Below, piece by piece: positions 50,905 to 64,000 of a stretch of 64,000 nucleotides of DNA. Source of the stretch: Hormiphora californensis (lineage: Eukaryota; Animalia; Ctenophora); NCBI GenBank assembly GCA_020137815.1, contig CM035353.1, positions 682,001 through 746,000 on the forward strand, given 5' to 3'. Position 1 is the stretch's first letter, and each line of letters begins with the position of its first letter. Made by a program: the position numbers and the translations under genes. Under the pieces are notes generated by a model that was not told the DNA's origin, made no database searches, and saw nothing but the letters and a program-made list of their open reading frames with translations.

Positions 50905-52515
50905 ATGTCTGGTACGAAGAGGCCCCTATCAAGTGTTAATACCACCACGGTACAGCTATCCAGTGGAAACAGCTCCCCTGATGGCAGTAGCTCACCTGGA
51001 TCTGACGAACAGCAGAAAATATCTCCCGCCAAACGGGCCTGTCGACTATCTCCAACAAAAGGTAGGGGTTCGAGGTTTTGATAGTTAACCCCGCTCTGTC
51101 GGATCATTGGCCTCTATTCAAAAATGAGAATGGTATTCTCATTTCTTTCAAATTCTGCGGAGAACCGCGGTCAGAGCATCGGCCTACCAGCATAGTACGG
51201 ACAGTTCAATTAATGTTCTATTTATATTTCTTTATTCTTAACAATCCCCCCCCCTCCTCCTACAGTTGCTGCTAAACCCAAGTTCGTGTCCAAGTTACGG
51301 ATTGCAGTAGTGTGTTCTAGTAATCAGAACCGAAGTATGGAGGCCCATAACCTACTCAAGTTAGTACTAGATTGGGACGTGTCAGTACTGTGTCAGTACT
51401 GTCTCGTGGTTGTGTCAGTACTGCTGTCAGGCCAATACTCTGACAGCAGTATTGTGTCAGTACTGTATTGATTGTGACGTGTCAGTAATGTCTCGGGGTT
51501 GTGTTGCAGCCCTAGATCTCCACCACTGGAGCCATGGAGCTAGCAGCCGGGTGAAAATCAATTAAAACAATTTGGATATATCGTTTAACATGATGTTAAC
51601 TGACACATCTCCACTGCAGGAAGAGAGGGTACAACGTGGAATCGTATGGGACTGGAAGCTGTGTTAAACTACCCGGACCTACCATTGATAAACCTAATGT
51701 GTATGACTTTAGTGTCACTTATGATGAACAACGCCAGGACCTAAAGGTATAGAAACTTTTTGTTTGCTTTGCTCAGACCCAATGGTAGAAAACTTGTTTG
51801 TTTGGTTTGCTCAGACCTAAAAACGATCATCAGACGTGTTTGTCCAGCTCAGATCTGGGACTGTATTAACAGCTGTTTCAACCCCTTGATTGAGACTTAT
51901 AACCAATTATGTATTAAATATATCCCCCCTTACAGCGAAAGGATGTTGCGTTTTACACCCAAAACGGGCTCCTCAACATGTTGGACAGGAATAGGAGGAT
52001 AAAGGCACATCCTGAGAAGTTCCAGGAGTGTAAGGAGGAGTTTGATATTGTTGTTACTTGCCAGGAGAGGGTGTTCGATCAGGTTATTGAACGTAAGTTG
52101 AGGGGGTATTATCAGCTAAGCAGTTTTATTTTTTACCTCCACTGATCCCCCCATGTCTAACCTGCATAGCCCCTTCTCCATATTCCCCCATTTCTAACAG
52201 CTGTGTACCCCTCCCTCCAGATTTCACCAATAACGGTAACATGACGGGTAACATGGCTCACGTCATTAATGTGGAGATAAAGGATAACCATGAGGATGCG
52301 ACCCTTGGTGCTTTTGTTATTCACGATCTCATACGAGAGGTACGTTCCTGTCATGTACCTTGCTTTATTACCATTCTTACCCCCCCTTTCTTAGTTGTCA
52401 CTACATTTTACAATTTAAATATTCGCTGGAACATATAATTATGAACTGTTTTAGTATATGTTCGCAAAAGGCAAGCTTCCCCTCGTCCGACCCGAAGGCC
52501 ATCTCTCTCTCTATC

Positions 52516-52554
<39 letters not shown>

Positions 52555-53685
52555 TTCTGTGCAGTGTGCAGTTCAATGAACTGAGTTCATACCCCTGCAC
52601 AAATTGGGGGCAAATTGTGCAGGGGCCACCCCAAAATTAATCTCTAAGTAATTAATTAATTAATTTTGACTATTCCCACTTTCTGTAGATTATATTATAT
52701 GTTTTATGCATGAAGAACATTCCTAGAAAGTTTCAAGTCGATATTTTAAGCAGAACGGAAAATATAATTTAGTGCATGGGCAAACAAAATGGTGCAAGGG
52801 CACATGTTCAGGGGAAATTTGCACAAATTGTGCAAGGGCAAATTTTGATTAATTTGCCTATAATTAATTACCTAATTGATATATTAATCATACGGCTCTT
52901 CTAGTACTCGTAGTTATGCTACTAGAACATGCATAGAAAGTTTCGTGTCAAAATATTAAACGGTGTGGACACAGTTCGATCATAAAATTGGTGCAAGGGC
53001 TGCCCTTGCACCAATTGCCCTTGCACATTGCCTGCCCTTGCACCAAATTCCATTTTTTGCACGGCTCTAACTAACTAATTAATTAATTTTGACTATTCCC
53101 ACTTTTCGAACATCATCTTTTATGATTAAAGAACATTCCTACAAAGTTTCAAGTCGATATTTTAAGCAGAACGGAAAATAGAATTTGGTGCAAGGGCGCG
53201 GTGCAAGGGACAGAACACGCAATGTGCAAGGGCACGGTGCCCTTGCACCATTTTTAATTACCTATAATTAATTAATTAATTAAAAATTCAAAAATCCGCC
53301 AACGTCATGACACAAAGGAATACTACAAGAACATGCCTACAAAATTTCAAGTCGATATCTCAAACGGTGTGGCCACAATCGTTGACATGTTTTTTGCCCC
53401 CCCCCCCCCCCCCCAAAAAAGGACCTTTCTTTGTTCTTAATAGGGCCGGCATTTTTGGGTTTTTGTGCAAGGGCAAAAATTTTTTTTTCTTTTTTTCGTT
53501 TTTTGCTGTTTTCTTCGGGTCGGAGGTGCCTGCCGGCACCTAAATTAATATACTTACTAACCATCTCCCCATTCTCTCCACAGATCTGCGGAGCCAGTGA
53601 TCACGAGGCAGAGCTAGAAGACATCATCGAAAAGATGGAAGCCAAGAAAAACCAAAAGTTCCTCTATTCCCCCTCGTTTTACTAG
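50905..53685 (+). CDS. SSU72: RNA polymerase II CTD phosphatase SSU72; exons 50905-51061, 51266-51359, 51620-51746, 51936-52092, 52221-52339, 53584-53685
   Basis: AVVCSSNQNRSMEAH, SYGTGSCVKLPGP, YTQNGLLNMLDRNRRIK, VEIKDNHEDATLGA, C-terminal FY*. Confidence 0.95.
52455..53545 (+). mobile_element. Helentron-associated (DINE/HINE-like) non-autonomous element in SSU72 intron 5
   Basis: subTIRs TCCGACCCGAAG (52486) and CTTCGGGTCGGA (53513), a microsatellite, internal repeats, and 3' hairpin AGGTGCC-TGCC-GGCACCT. Confidence 0.65.
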
Positions 53686-55064
53686 AGCTATACCTGTGCA
53701 TAGACCGGTGAAGGAAGTGCAGGAAATCGTGGTAGAGGACCAAAGAAGGGAGACATGTTTGCCATCTCATGCAGCGATACTTGGGAAGACGGATAAAGAC
53801 TTAAATACCACGTGAAATATTGAGTGATATGTTGATGATGTCAAGAAGAAAAAAGTGAAAAGAGAGCGAGATAACGAGAAATTCATTGGTACAACTACAA
53901 TCTAGAATTCTAGATTGGATTTCTAACAGAAAGAGTTCATGATGAGACATGAATAGATTTCTAAATTCTAACGATATTATTCGGTTATCGTTACTTTTTA
54001 ATAGTTTTTTGTTTGTGATTTTAACTTTTTGCTATCAGCGAAAGAAAAGAGTACCGTGTGTAAGAATACCGGTGGTAAAGATAATATTGGAACCGGCCTG
54101 GCGACCTTTTCCCAATCCCATTTGGTTCAAACTTCCAGTACAAATATACTGAACAGAACAGAACAAGTTAAGGCAGTACCTATTCCAGTTTTCTGTGTGC
54201 AGTCGCCAATTTCGCAGCCCAACCTAAGGGCTAAGGGGTTGCTCTGCCTCTGAACCGCGTTGAAGGGTTGCGCCCCTTAACCCCCTTTGGCCACACCACC
54301 CCCGTCCTCCTCCCCGGTCTCTGTTTGGCACCGTTGGCACCAAACCGGAGTACGGTGCAGGACGGTCTTATCTCAATCTGCTGAGTCTCGATAGTCGATA
54401 TGCAGTACACCGTGCTCTTCAATATACGGAACTACACATTGGAAACTGTTACCTGGTTCCTAAACCCCTGAATATAGGGTCCTAATCTGGCCCCGTCTTA
54501 CCAGACAATTCCCAACAATGCTTTGCATAAATTCTCAGTCGATCTACCATTGCATTTGCACTGCAAATTGTAGTCGACCTTCTGGATGTCTACGTGTGCC
54601 TTGTGACTTTGTTCCGTGCTCGACTACTTCTTTTCTACTCATCGCTGTCAGCAGGTGTTGTCTGGGGCTCAGAACACAGCGTATACTAGGCACTGTTGGA
54701 TACAGTCCCTCATAAGGGTAGCTCATATAATGTGCTTCCTATTTTTTACTCAACACAATTTTTTAGTTCTACTGTGCCAGTATAATTTTACTATACAGGC
54801 CTTTGCACTATTACTTACAATAGCTCATCTTGGCCCTTTATTATACTGTACAGCCGTGTATCACAGGAGTTGATACTGTCTGCAACTTTACTCTGCTCTC
54901 TCTGCCCAAAAGAAGCACGTGCGAAATGAGTTTTCTGGTTCAGCGTGATGCTTGACTGAAGTTTAATCATGTAGGAATGGGTATCAAGGAATGAGGTTTA
55001 GCGATTATTTAGAGAGAATTTCGTTCCGTCCTAAAATAGCTTATATTGAGTGTGTAATATATAT

Positions 55065-58000
55065 CTCGACCAAAACGCGGAGTTTTTACGTCAGCCGACC
55101 CGAAACCGGTTTAAATTTGGCCACCCGCTGGTCTCAGGGCCTCCAAATATGTCAAAATATGTTTAAATTATCATTCTGGGTCATTTAGACCTTTTAATTA
55201 CATGTAATTACCCTTTAATTACATGTAATTACATTTTAATTACATGTAATTACATTTTAATTACATGTAATTACTTTCAATTACATTCCAATTACTTCAG
55301 CACCTCGAGAGCTTTCGAACGCACCCTAGAACACCTTTCTACTCCTTCCAATTGCCGAGTTCTGTATACCCCTTATTTTGACTGTTTTTCGCGTCCTACC
55401 CCTTATAGGTTTGGGTATGGCCATCGCCACACCCCCTATACGTCGCGGGACCTCGAGACCTTTCCAACGAGCCATAGAACACCTCTCTACTACTTCAGGG
55501 GGCTTCAAAACTTTCACTCTAAAAATATCTATGGTTTATGGTTATGGTTTACTCGACCAAAACGCGGAGTTTTTACGTCAGCCGACCCGAAACCGGATTA
55601 AATTTGGCCACCCGCTGGTCTCAGGGCCTCCTAATACGTCAAAATATGTTTAAATTATCATTTGGGATCATGCAGACCTTTTAATTACATGTAATTACCC
55701 TTTAATTACATGTAATTACCCTTTAATTACATGTATAATTACTTCCAATTACATTCCAATTACTTCACCACCTCGAGAGCTTTCGAACGCACCCTAGAAC
55801 ACCTTTCTACTCCTTCTAATTGCCGAGTTCTGTATACCCCTTATTTTGACTGTTTTTCGCGTCCTACCCCTTATAGGTTTGGGTATGGCCATCGCCACAC
55901 CCCCTATACGTCGCGGGACCTCGAGACCTTTCCAACGAGCCATAGAACACCTCTCTACTACTTCAGGGGGCTTCAAAACTTTCACTCTAAAAATATCTAT
56001 GGTTATGGTTATGGTTACTCGACCAAAACGCGGAGTTTTTACGTCAGCCGACCCGAAACCGGATTAAATTTGGGCACCCGCTGGTCTAAGGGTCTCCAAA
56101 TACGTCAAAATATGTTTAAATTATCATTTGGGATCATGCAGACCTTTTAATTACATGTAATTACCCTTTAATTACATGCAATTACATTTTAATTACATGT
56201 AATTACTTCCAATTACATTCCAATTACTTCAGCACCTCGAGAGCTTTCGAACGCACCCTAGAACACCTTTATACTCCTTCTAATTGCCGAGTTCTGTATA
56301 CCCCTTATTTTGACTGTTTTTCGCGTCCTACCCCTTATAGGTTTGGGTTTGGCCATCGCCACACCCCCTATACGTCGCGGGACCTCGAGACCTTTCCAAC
56401 GAGCCATAGAACACCTCTCTACTCCTTCTAATTGCCGAGTTCTGTATACCCCTTATTTTGACTGTTTTTCGCGTCCTACCCCTTATAGGTTTGGGTATGG
56501 CCATCGCCACACCCCCTATACGTCGCGGGACCTCGAGACCTTTCCAACGAGCCATAGAACACCTGTCTACTACTTCAGGGGGCTTCAAAACTTTCACTCT
56601 AAAAATATCTATGGTTTATGGTTTATGGTTGATCGACCAAAACGCGGAGTTTTTACGTCAGCCGACCCGAAACCGGATTAAATTTGGCCACCCGCTGATT
56701 TCAGGGCCTCCAAATATGTCAAAATATGTTTAAATTATCATTCTGGGTCATTTAGACATTTTAATTACATGTAATTACCCTTTAATTACATGTAATTACA
56801 TTTTAATTACATGTAATTACTTCCAATTACATTCCAATTACTTCAGCACCTCGAGATCTTTCGAACGCACCCTAGAACACCTTTCTACTCCTTCCAATTG
56901 CTCCAAATACGTCAAAATATGTTTAAATTATCATTTGGGATCATGCAGACCTTTTAATTACATGTAATACCTTTTAATTACATGTAATTACCCTTTAATT
57001 ACATGTATAATTACTTCACCACCTCGAGAGCTTTCGAACGCACCCTAGAACACCTTTCTACTCCTTCCAATTAAATTGCTCCAAATACGTCAAAATATGT
57101 TTAAATTATCATGTGGGGTCATTTAGACCTTTTGATTACATGTAATTACCCTTTAATTACATGTAATTACCCTTTAATTACATGTAATTACTTCCAATTA
57201 CATTCCAATTACTTCAGCACCTCGAGAGCTTTCGAACGCACCCTAGAACACCTTTCTACTCCTTCCAATTGCCGAGTTCTGTATACCCCTTATTTTGACT
57301 GTTTTTCGCGTCCTACCCCTTATAGGTTTGGGTTTGGCCATCGCCACACCCCCTATACGTCGCGGGACCTCGAGACCTTTCCAACGAGCCATAGAACACC
57401 TCTCTACTCCTTCTAATTGCCGAGTTCTGTATACCCCTTATTTTGACTGTTTTTCGCGTCCTACCCCTTATAGGTTTGGGTATGGCCATCGCCACACCCC
57501 CTATACGTCGCGGGACCTCGAGACCTTTCCAACGAGCCATAGAACACCTGTCTACTACTTCAGGGGGCTTCAAAACTTTCACTCTAAAAATATCTATGGT
57601 TTATGGTTTATGGTTGATCGACCAAAACGCGGAGTTTTTACGTCAGCCGACCCGAAACCGGATTAAATTTGGCCACCCGCTGATTTCAGGGCCTCCAAAT
57701 ATGTCAAAATATGTTTAAATTATCATTCTGGGTCATTTAGACATTTTAATTACATGTAATTACCCTTTAATTACATGTAATTACATTTTAATTACATGTA
57801 ATTACTTCCAATTACATTCCAATTACTTCAGCACCTCGAGATCTTTCGAACGCACCCTAGAACACCTTTCTACTCCTTCTAATTGCCGAGTTCTGTATAC
57901 CCCTTATTTTGACTGTTTTTCGCGTCCTACACCTTATGGGTTTGGGTATGGCCATCGCCACACCCCCTATACGTCGCGGGACCTCGAGACCTTTCCAACG

Positions 58001-59786
58001 AGCCATAGAACACCTCTCTACTACTTCAGGGGGCTTCAAAACTTTCACTCTAAAAATATCTATGGTTATGGTTTATGGTTATGGTTTTATGGTTTTTTTT
58101 TCATCTGGTATTAAGGGCCTGTCGGCTCGGCCCCGTTGTTTTAGTTTTAGGGGGGATGTTTTAGGGGGGATGGGTTGAGTTTGGGTTATATTCGGGTCGG
58201 GGGGCCTTACCAGGCCCCGAACCTCGACCAAAACGCGGAGTTTTTACGTCAGCCGACCCGAAACCGGATTAAATTTGGCCACCCGCTGGTCTCAGGGCCT
58301 CAAAATACGTCAAAATATGTTTAAATAACCTTTTGGGGTCATTTAGACCTTTTAATTACATGTAATTACCCTTTAATTACATGTAATTACATTTTAATTA
58401 CATGTAATTACTTCCAATTACATTCCAATTACTTCAGCACCTCGAGAGCTTTCGAACGCACCCTAGAACACCTTTCTACTCCTTCTAATTGCCGAGTTCT
58501 GTATACCCCTTATTTTGACTGTTTTTCGCGTCCTGCCCCTTATAGGTTTGGGTATGGCCATCGCCACACCCCCTATACGTCGCGGGACCTCGAGACCTTT
58601 CCAACGAGCCATAGAACACCTCTCTTCTACTTCAGGGGGCTTCAAAACTTTCACTCTAAAAATATCTATGGTTATGGTTTATGGTTTTATGGTTTACCTC
58701 GACCAAAACGCGGAGTTTTTACGTCAGCCGACCCGAAACCGGATTAAATTTTGCCACCCGCTGGTCTCAGGGCCTCCAAATGTGTCAAAATATGTCTGAA
58801 TTGTCATTTGGGGTCATTTAGACCTTTTAATTGCATGTAATTACCCTTTAATTACATGTAATTACATTTTAATTACATGTAATTACTTCCAATTACATTC
58901 CAATTACTTCAGCACCTCGAGAGCTTTCGAACGCACCCTAGAACACCTTTCTACTCCTTCTAATTGCCGAGTTCTGTATACCCCTTATTTTGACTGTTTT
59001 TCGCGTCCTACCCCTTATAGGTTTGGGTATGGCCATCGCCACACCCCCTATACGTCGCGGGACCTCGAGACCTTTCCAACGAGCCATAGAACACCTCTCT
59101 ACTACTTCAGGGGGCTTCAAAACTTTCACTCTAAAAATATCTATGGTTTTATGGTTATGGTTATGGTTATGGTTACTCGACCAAAACGCGGAGTTTTTAC
59201 GTCAGCCGACCCGAAACCGGATTAAATTTGGGCACCCGCTGGTCTAAGGGTCTCCAAATACGTCAAAATATGTTTAAATTATCATTTGGGATCATGCAGA
59301 CCTTTTAATTACATGTAATTACCCTTTAATTACATGTAATTACACTTTAATTACATGTAATTACTTCCAATTACATTCCAATTACTTCAGCACCTCGAGA
59401 GCTTTCGAACGCACCCTAGAACACCTTTCTACTCCTTCTAATTGCCGAGTTCTGTATACCCCTTATTTTGACTGTTTTTCGCGTCCTACCCCTTATAGGT
59501 TTAGGTATGGCCATCACCACACCCCCTATACGTCGCGGGACCTCGAGACCTTTCCAACGAGCCATAGAACACCTCTCTACTACTTCAGGGGGCTTCAAAA
59601 CTTTCACTCTAAAAATATCTATGGTTTTATGGTTATGGTTATGGTTATGGTTTTATGGTTTTTTTTCATCTGGTATTAAGGGCCTGTCGGCTCGGCCCCG
59701 TTGTTTTAGTTTTAGGGGGGATGTTTTAGGGGGGATGGGTTGAGTTTGGGTTATATTCGGGTCGGGGGGCCTTGCCAGGCCCCGAA
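55065..59786 (+). repeat. Tandem array (~470-620-bp units) of a DINE/HINE-like element
   Basis: Units restart at CTCGACCAAAAC and contain CCGACCCGAA. The 3' end TTCGGGTCGG plus hairpin GGGGCCT-TRCC-AGGCCCC appears at 58191-58218 and 59756-59783. Confidence 0.85.
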
Positions 59787-59872
59787 TCATCCTATATGCG
59801 TATATAATGTGTTAACATGTTTTCGTTCATCTGAGAAGAAACAACTTGTTTTATTTACCTACCTATTATAAT

Positions 59873-60088
59873 ATTTAGAGCAAAAACTAATTGAAATTAG
59901 TTCGCCAGAAAGGTGGCCCATTTTGAACTTACTCCTTCATTTCCGTCACCTTTGAGTTGAGTCTTCAAAGACATTGAGGTATCCGTAAACTTTTCCGCCT
60001 TCAACTCAAAGGTGACGGAAATGAAGGAGTAAGTTCAAAATGGGCCACCTTTCTGGCGAACTAATTTCAATTAGTTTTTGCTCTAAAT
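59873..60088. repeat. Perfect 88-bp inverted repeat with 40-bp spacer
   Basis: Arms 59873-59960 and 60001-60088. Confidence 0.9.
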
Positions 60089-62058
60089 TTGTACTCTTTT
60101 TTGGTCGTTTGAGGTCATTTATGACCTCAAACAACTAAGATAATTGTCAACTAAAGTGTTCAAATGTCATTCAAATGTATCCTGGGTTGTAGAAAACTGA
60201 TTTGACGAAATTTTCAAAATTCGACGTCATTTTGACGTCGTGACGTCACACGTGACGTCACGACGACGTAAAAAATTATGACAGACTATTTGTTCAATGA
60301 AGCACTAAACGTGTGAAAAGTTTTAAAGGCCATGGTAGTCAAGAACTGAAGTTATTGCACGAAATGTGAGTTTTTTCGTGGATTTTCACATCACATTTTT
60401 GAGTTCCGACGCGTTTTAAGGTCTAAAAATGACAAGTTAGAGAAATTCGCTATATGGTATCTTAAAGTTCAGACAATTTGCCACTAACGATTTTCCGTCA
60501 AATCAGGAATCAGAATACGTCTTGAGGGTGTTAGAGGCGTTTGAAAATATTTGGTCTGAGATTTTTCAATGACGTCACTTTGTGACGTCATTACGGTCGT
60601 CATAGTGGACATTTTCACTCGAAACCTTAACTAATGCATGCCCCAAACGATTTGCTAACGGATAAAACTTGGTTCAAGCCTCTAGCTAGTATGGTTCGAG
60701 CTACAAGTGTTACACAGTGAAGCGTCTATATCTATCTATATATATATCTATATACCTATCGCCACACTGAATTTTCTGTTTTGGGGGTGGTGTCATAACT
60801 TGCGAACGGAATGAGCTAGCCACTTCAAATTTTTACCTTCAGTAGAGGTCTATGTGAAGCTTCTTAGTACCAAATTTCAGCCTCCTAGCTCATCTGGTCC
60901 CGGAGTTAGGAGGGGTCGAAAAGTGCCAATATGGGCTAAAACTTCAAAATTGTTATATCTACGCTGTTGGCAAGCGGGCCCACTTTTTCGGGAAAAGTTT
61001 TTGGGGGGATGGGATGGGGCCACCTTTGCGCTTGCCAGCGCAGTGATGATCTTATAAACCACCCCCTGCTGATATTTCCCGGAGTCTACTGTGGTATATC
61101 AGATAATTCCCTCCCTCTGTTTTCAGTGCCCATTCGCACCTTTCTAATTCTCCACTAGCCGGGGTTATCTATATTATGTCCACATAACCCTAACACAGAC
61201 AATATTCTCCCAATTGCCCCTCTTTCTCTATCGTAGTTGTGTATGGCCCTCTCTCACCATATCTCACCCCCCCCCCCCTCATTAAACTACTACGAACCAC
61301 ACACTTTAATACAACATTTCTCCCTGTAGCAATATATTGGTCACGAGAGAGAGTTTGATAGCTCCAAACACATAGAACATGACCCTGCGATAAGAACTTG
61401 GAGTCTGCTGATATTTGAAACTCGAGAGCTTGGTACACTGCACCACTACTGCATTGTACACCTCTAGCTCCCTTGCTTGTCCTCCATCTAACAATTCATG
61501 GCTGGTGGGGATGACACTACTCCGCTGGTAAGTTGTTTATTAATTGACTAATTAAGTTAATTAATTATAGTACAGATCATGAATCATTGCATGTACTAGA
61601 TGAATGTACCACAGACCACTATCAAGTACCCCCGTTAGTAATAAAAACCCATTCTTAGCTGTCCCTATTCCATCCCCGTTTTAGATTATAATATGTATTA
61701 TCTGGTATTGTTTTAGTTGTATTGTTAATGCGAAATGCTTTGATAATCAAATTCGTAATTTAATTCTCGCTGTTGATTTGTAAAATTGGATGCCTGCTCT
61801 GACAGTGTCAGGGGCCACAAACTACTGTCAGTGAAAGTGTAGTTCACCCCTCATTCAGTGACCCCTCATTCTGTGACAATGGCATTGTCATGTGTGTGCT
61901 GTCTGGCGGCGCTGCAGACCCCAATTTGGTTCTCAAACAGTGCGCTCAGATAGGGTTGGCGGCGCCAGGCAACATGTGAATGTGACTTGTTGTCCTGTAT
62001 AGCTTGTGTATTCACATGGTGTTTATGCAAGTGTTTTGTTACTACACTCTCGACACTA

Positions 62059-62760
62059 TAACCAAATTCGTGTGTGTAACCTAGTTCGTGTAACCTAGTT
62101 CGTGTAACCAAATTCGTGTAACCAAATTCGTGTGTGTAACCTAGTTCGTGTAACCTAGTTCGTGTAACCAAATTCGTGTAACCAAATTCGTGTGTGTAAC
62201 CTAGTTCGTGTGTGTAACCTAGTTCGTGTAACCTAGTTCGTGTAACCAAATTCGTGTAACCAAATTCGTGTGTGTAACCTAGTTCGTGTAACCAAATTCG
62301 TGTAACCAAATTCGTGTGTGTAACCAAATTCGTGTAACCAAATTCGTGTGTGTAACCTAGTTCGTGTAACCAAATTCGTGTAACCAAATTCGTGTGTGTA
62401 ACCTAGTTCGTGTAACCAAATTCGTGTAACCAAATTCGTGTGTGTAACCAAATTCGTGTGTAACCTAGTTCGTGTAACCTAGTTCGTGTGTGTAACCTAG
62501 TTCGTGTAACCTAGTTCGTGTAACCAAATTCGTGTGTGTAACCTAGTTCGTGTAACCAAATTCGTGTAACCAAATTCGTGTGTGTAACCTAGTTCGTGTA
62601 ACCAAATTCGTGTGTGTAACCTAGTTCGTGTAACCAAATTCGTGTAACCAAATTCGTGTGTGTAACCAAATTCGTGTGTAACCTAGTTCGTGTAACCTAG
62701 TTCGTGTGTGTAACCTAGTTCGTGTAACTCTGTTTATGTAGCCAAACTAGTTCGTGTAAC
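62059..62760. repeat. 14/18-bp minisatellite (GTAACCAAATTCGT / GTAACCTAGTTCGT)
   Basis: Direct inspection. Confidence 0.92.
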
Positions 62761-63164
62761 CTATAGTTCACGTGTAACCCATAGTTGGCTTAGCCTGAAG
62801 ATTGTGCTAGGCAATGCATGAGAGTAGCCTATATAGTGTGTGACTGAAAAAAGGATATAGTAATGTACAACGTGGGGTCCCCGTCACGTCCACTTGCCCA
62901 AAATATTTATATCCAAATACTAGCTACTCTCCCCTTCACACTCACACACATACCAGTTCGCATGGAAATAGCTGACAACCTAGATGATGTCTTGTTATTA
63001 CATTCCGATCAGCTAGAAGATGATGCGGCTGTGGGGCATGAAATATTTCCCAGTAGCACTGATTCAGGCATCTCCCTCCCTTCTGCTAATCCTGCCGCTC
63101 CACGGGTAAGCGAGTTAATTAAGCATGGCTATAATATAGAGCTACTGCACACAGCAAACCGAGC

Positions 63165-63338
63165 TGAGAACTACCCCCCCCCCCTGAGTCGTGGAGAACT
63201 ACCCCCCCCCCCCATGAGTCGTGGAGAACTACCCCCCCCCCCCCATGAGTCGTGGAGAACTACCCCCCCCCATCATGAGTTGTGGAGAACTACCCCCCCC
63301 CCCCAATGAGTCGTGGAGAACTACCCCCCCCCCCCCCC
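63165..63338. repeat. ~31-bp C-rich tandem repeat (GAGTCGTGGAGAACTA-Cn-AT)
   Basis: Five to six units. Confidence 0.85.
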
Positions 63339-63528
63339 GGTGCCCAGATATTGCAAATACCCAAGAGATTAATGCCCTTAATTTGGCAGCAAATTAAAGG
63401 CGAGGCAGCATATTGGACAAGCTGCCTAGTAGTCAGCAGTTCAATAAATATCGCTGTCGGCAGTAATAAATGTACTAGGGGCCAGGGCTTAATCTTTATA
63501 AATCATTTAGATAGTTTTTAAAAAAGTG

Positions 63529-64000
63529 TCCCACCCGGGAACGGTCGGGAATCGAACCCGGGCCTCACGCGTCAGAGTGGAGGCAGCACAGGCAGCACAA
63601 ATTTACCCCATATTTACATAGAAAATTTAGCCTCATTTTATGCAATATCAGTTTTACTTTTCCGGCTATTATATTCGAAGAAGTATTCCAAACACGAATA
63701 TGAAGGAAATAAACAAATTGAACGTCACAAATTTTCTTAATCTTTCTGCTGCCTCGGGTACCATTATTTGCCGATTTTTTGGCTATTCCCGCCCATCTAC
63801 CCATCCAATTTGGTAATATTCGGTGCAGGGACATCCACAGTATCGATAAACAAGTGCCTAAACCGATAAACGGGGAAAACCGGTAAAACTTAGCATGATA
63901 TAGAAGGCAGCATGCATGAGGCAGCACGTATTTAGCTTAATTAAGATAGATCCGTGCTGCCGGCAGCACGAGTTCGATTCCCGACCGGGCCCGGGTGGGA
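63529..64000. mobile_element. MITE-like element whose inverted termini contain B-box-like GTTCGATTCC; runs to window edge
   Basis: TCCCACCCGGG..GGTCGGGAATCGAAC / GTTCGATTCCCGACC..CCCGGGTGGGA. Confidence 0.6.

Noticed and set aside
55326-59743. Repeated small ORFs
   Set aside because: They are artefacts of the tandem array and show no recognisable motif
60725-61158. Canonical Helitron (TC...hairpin-CTAG)
   Set aside because: The hairpin is weak and the flanks are not A/T; insufficient support
61330-63105. Plus-strand exons (donors at ~61527 and 63106)
   Set aside because: Exon 62956-63105 is plausible but cannot be linked or identified

Overview
Eukaryotic (metazoan) genomic DNA. It is probably a ctenophore of the Pleurobrachia/Hormiphora type, inferred from a recalled interspersed repeat and a protein-domain style and not verified. 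Host genes: a 17-exon cathepsin-L-like protease with 4 ShKT and 2 GCC2/GCC3 modules (-), RNF5/RNF185 (+), selenoprotein T with in-frame UGA and a clear SECIS (+), SSU72 (+), and several unidentified exons. Mobile DNA dominates: a pogo-like transposase, an 11.1-kb inverted/tandem cluster of near-identical Penelope retroelements with four U3-A8 minimal hammerhead ribozymes, a nested RNase-H non-LTR element, large foldback palindromes, hAT/Kolobok/Tc1-type MITEs and Helentron(DINE)-like elements including a tandem array. Two patterns are not explained by standard annotation. First, tandem repeats are repeatedly built from real splice junctions (about 45 copies of one donor, about 12 copies of the SelT acceptor). 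Second, three unrelated elements share poly-G/poly-C termini and 7-bp TSDs.
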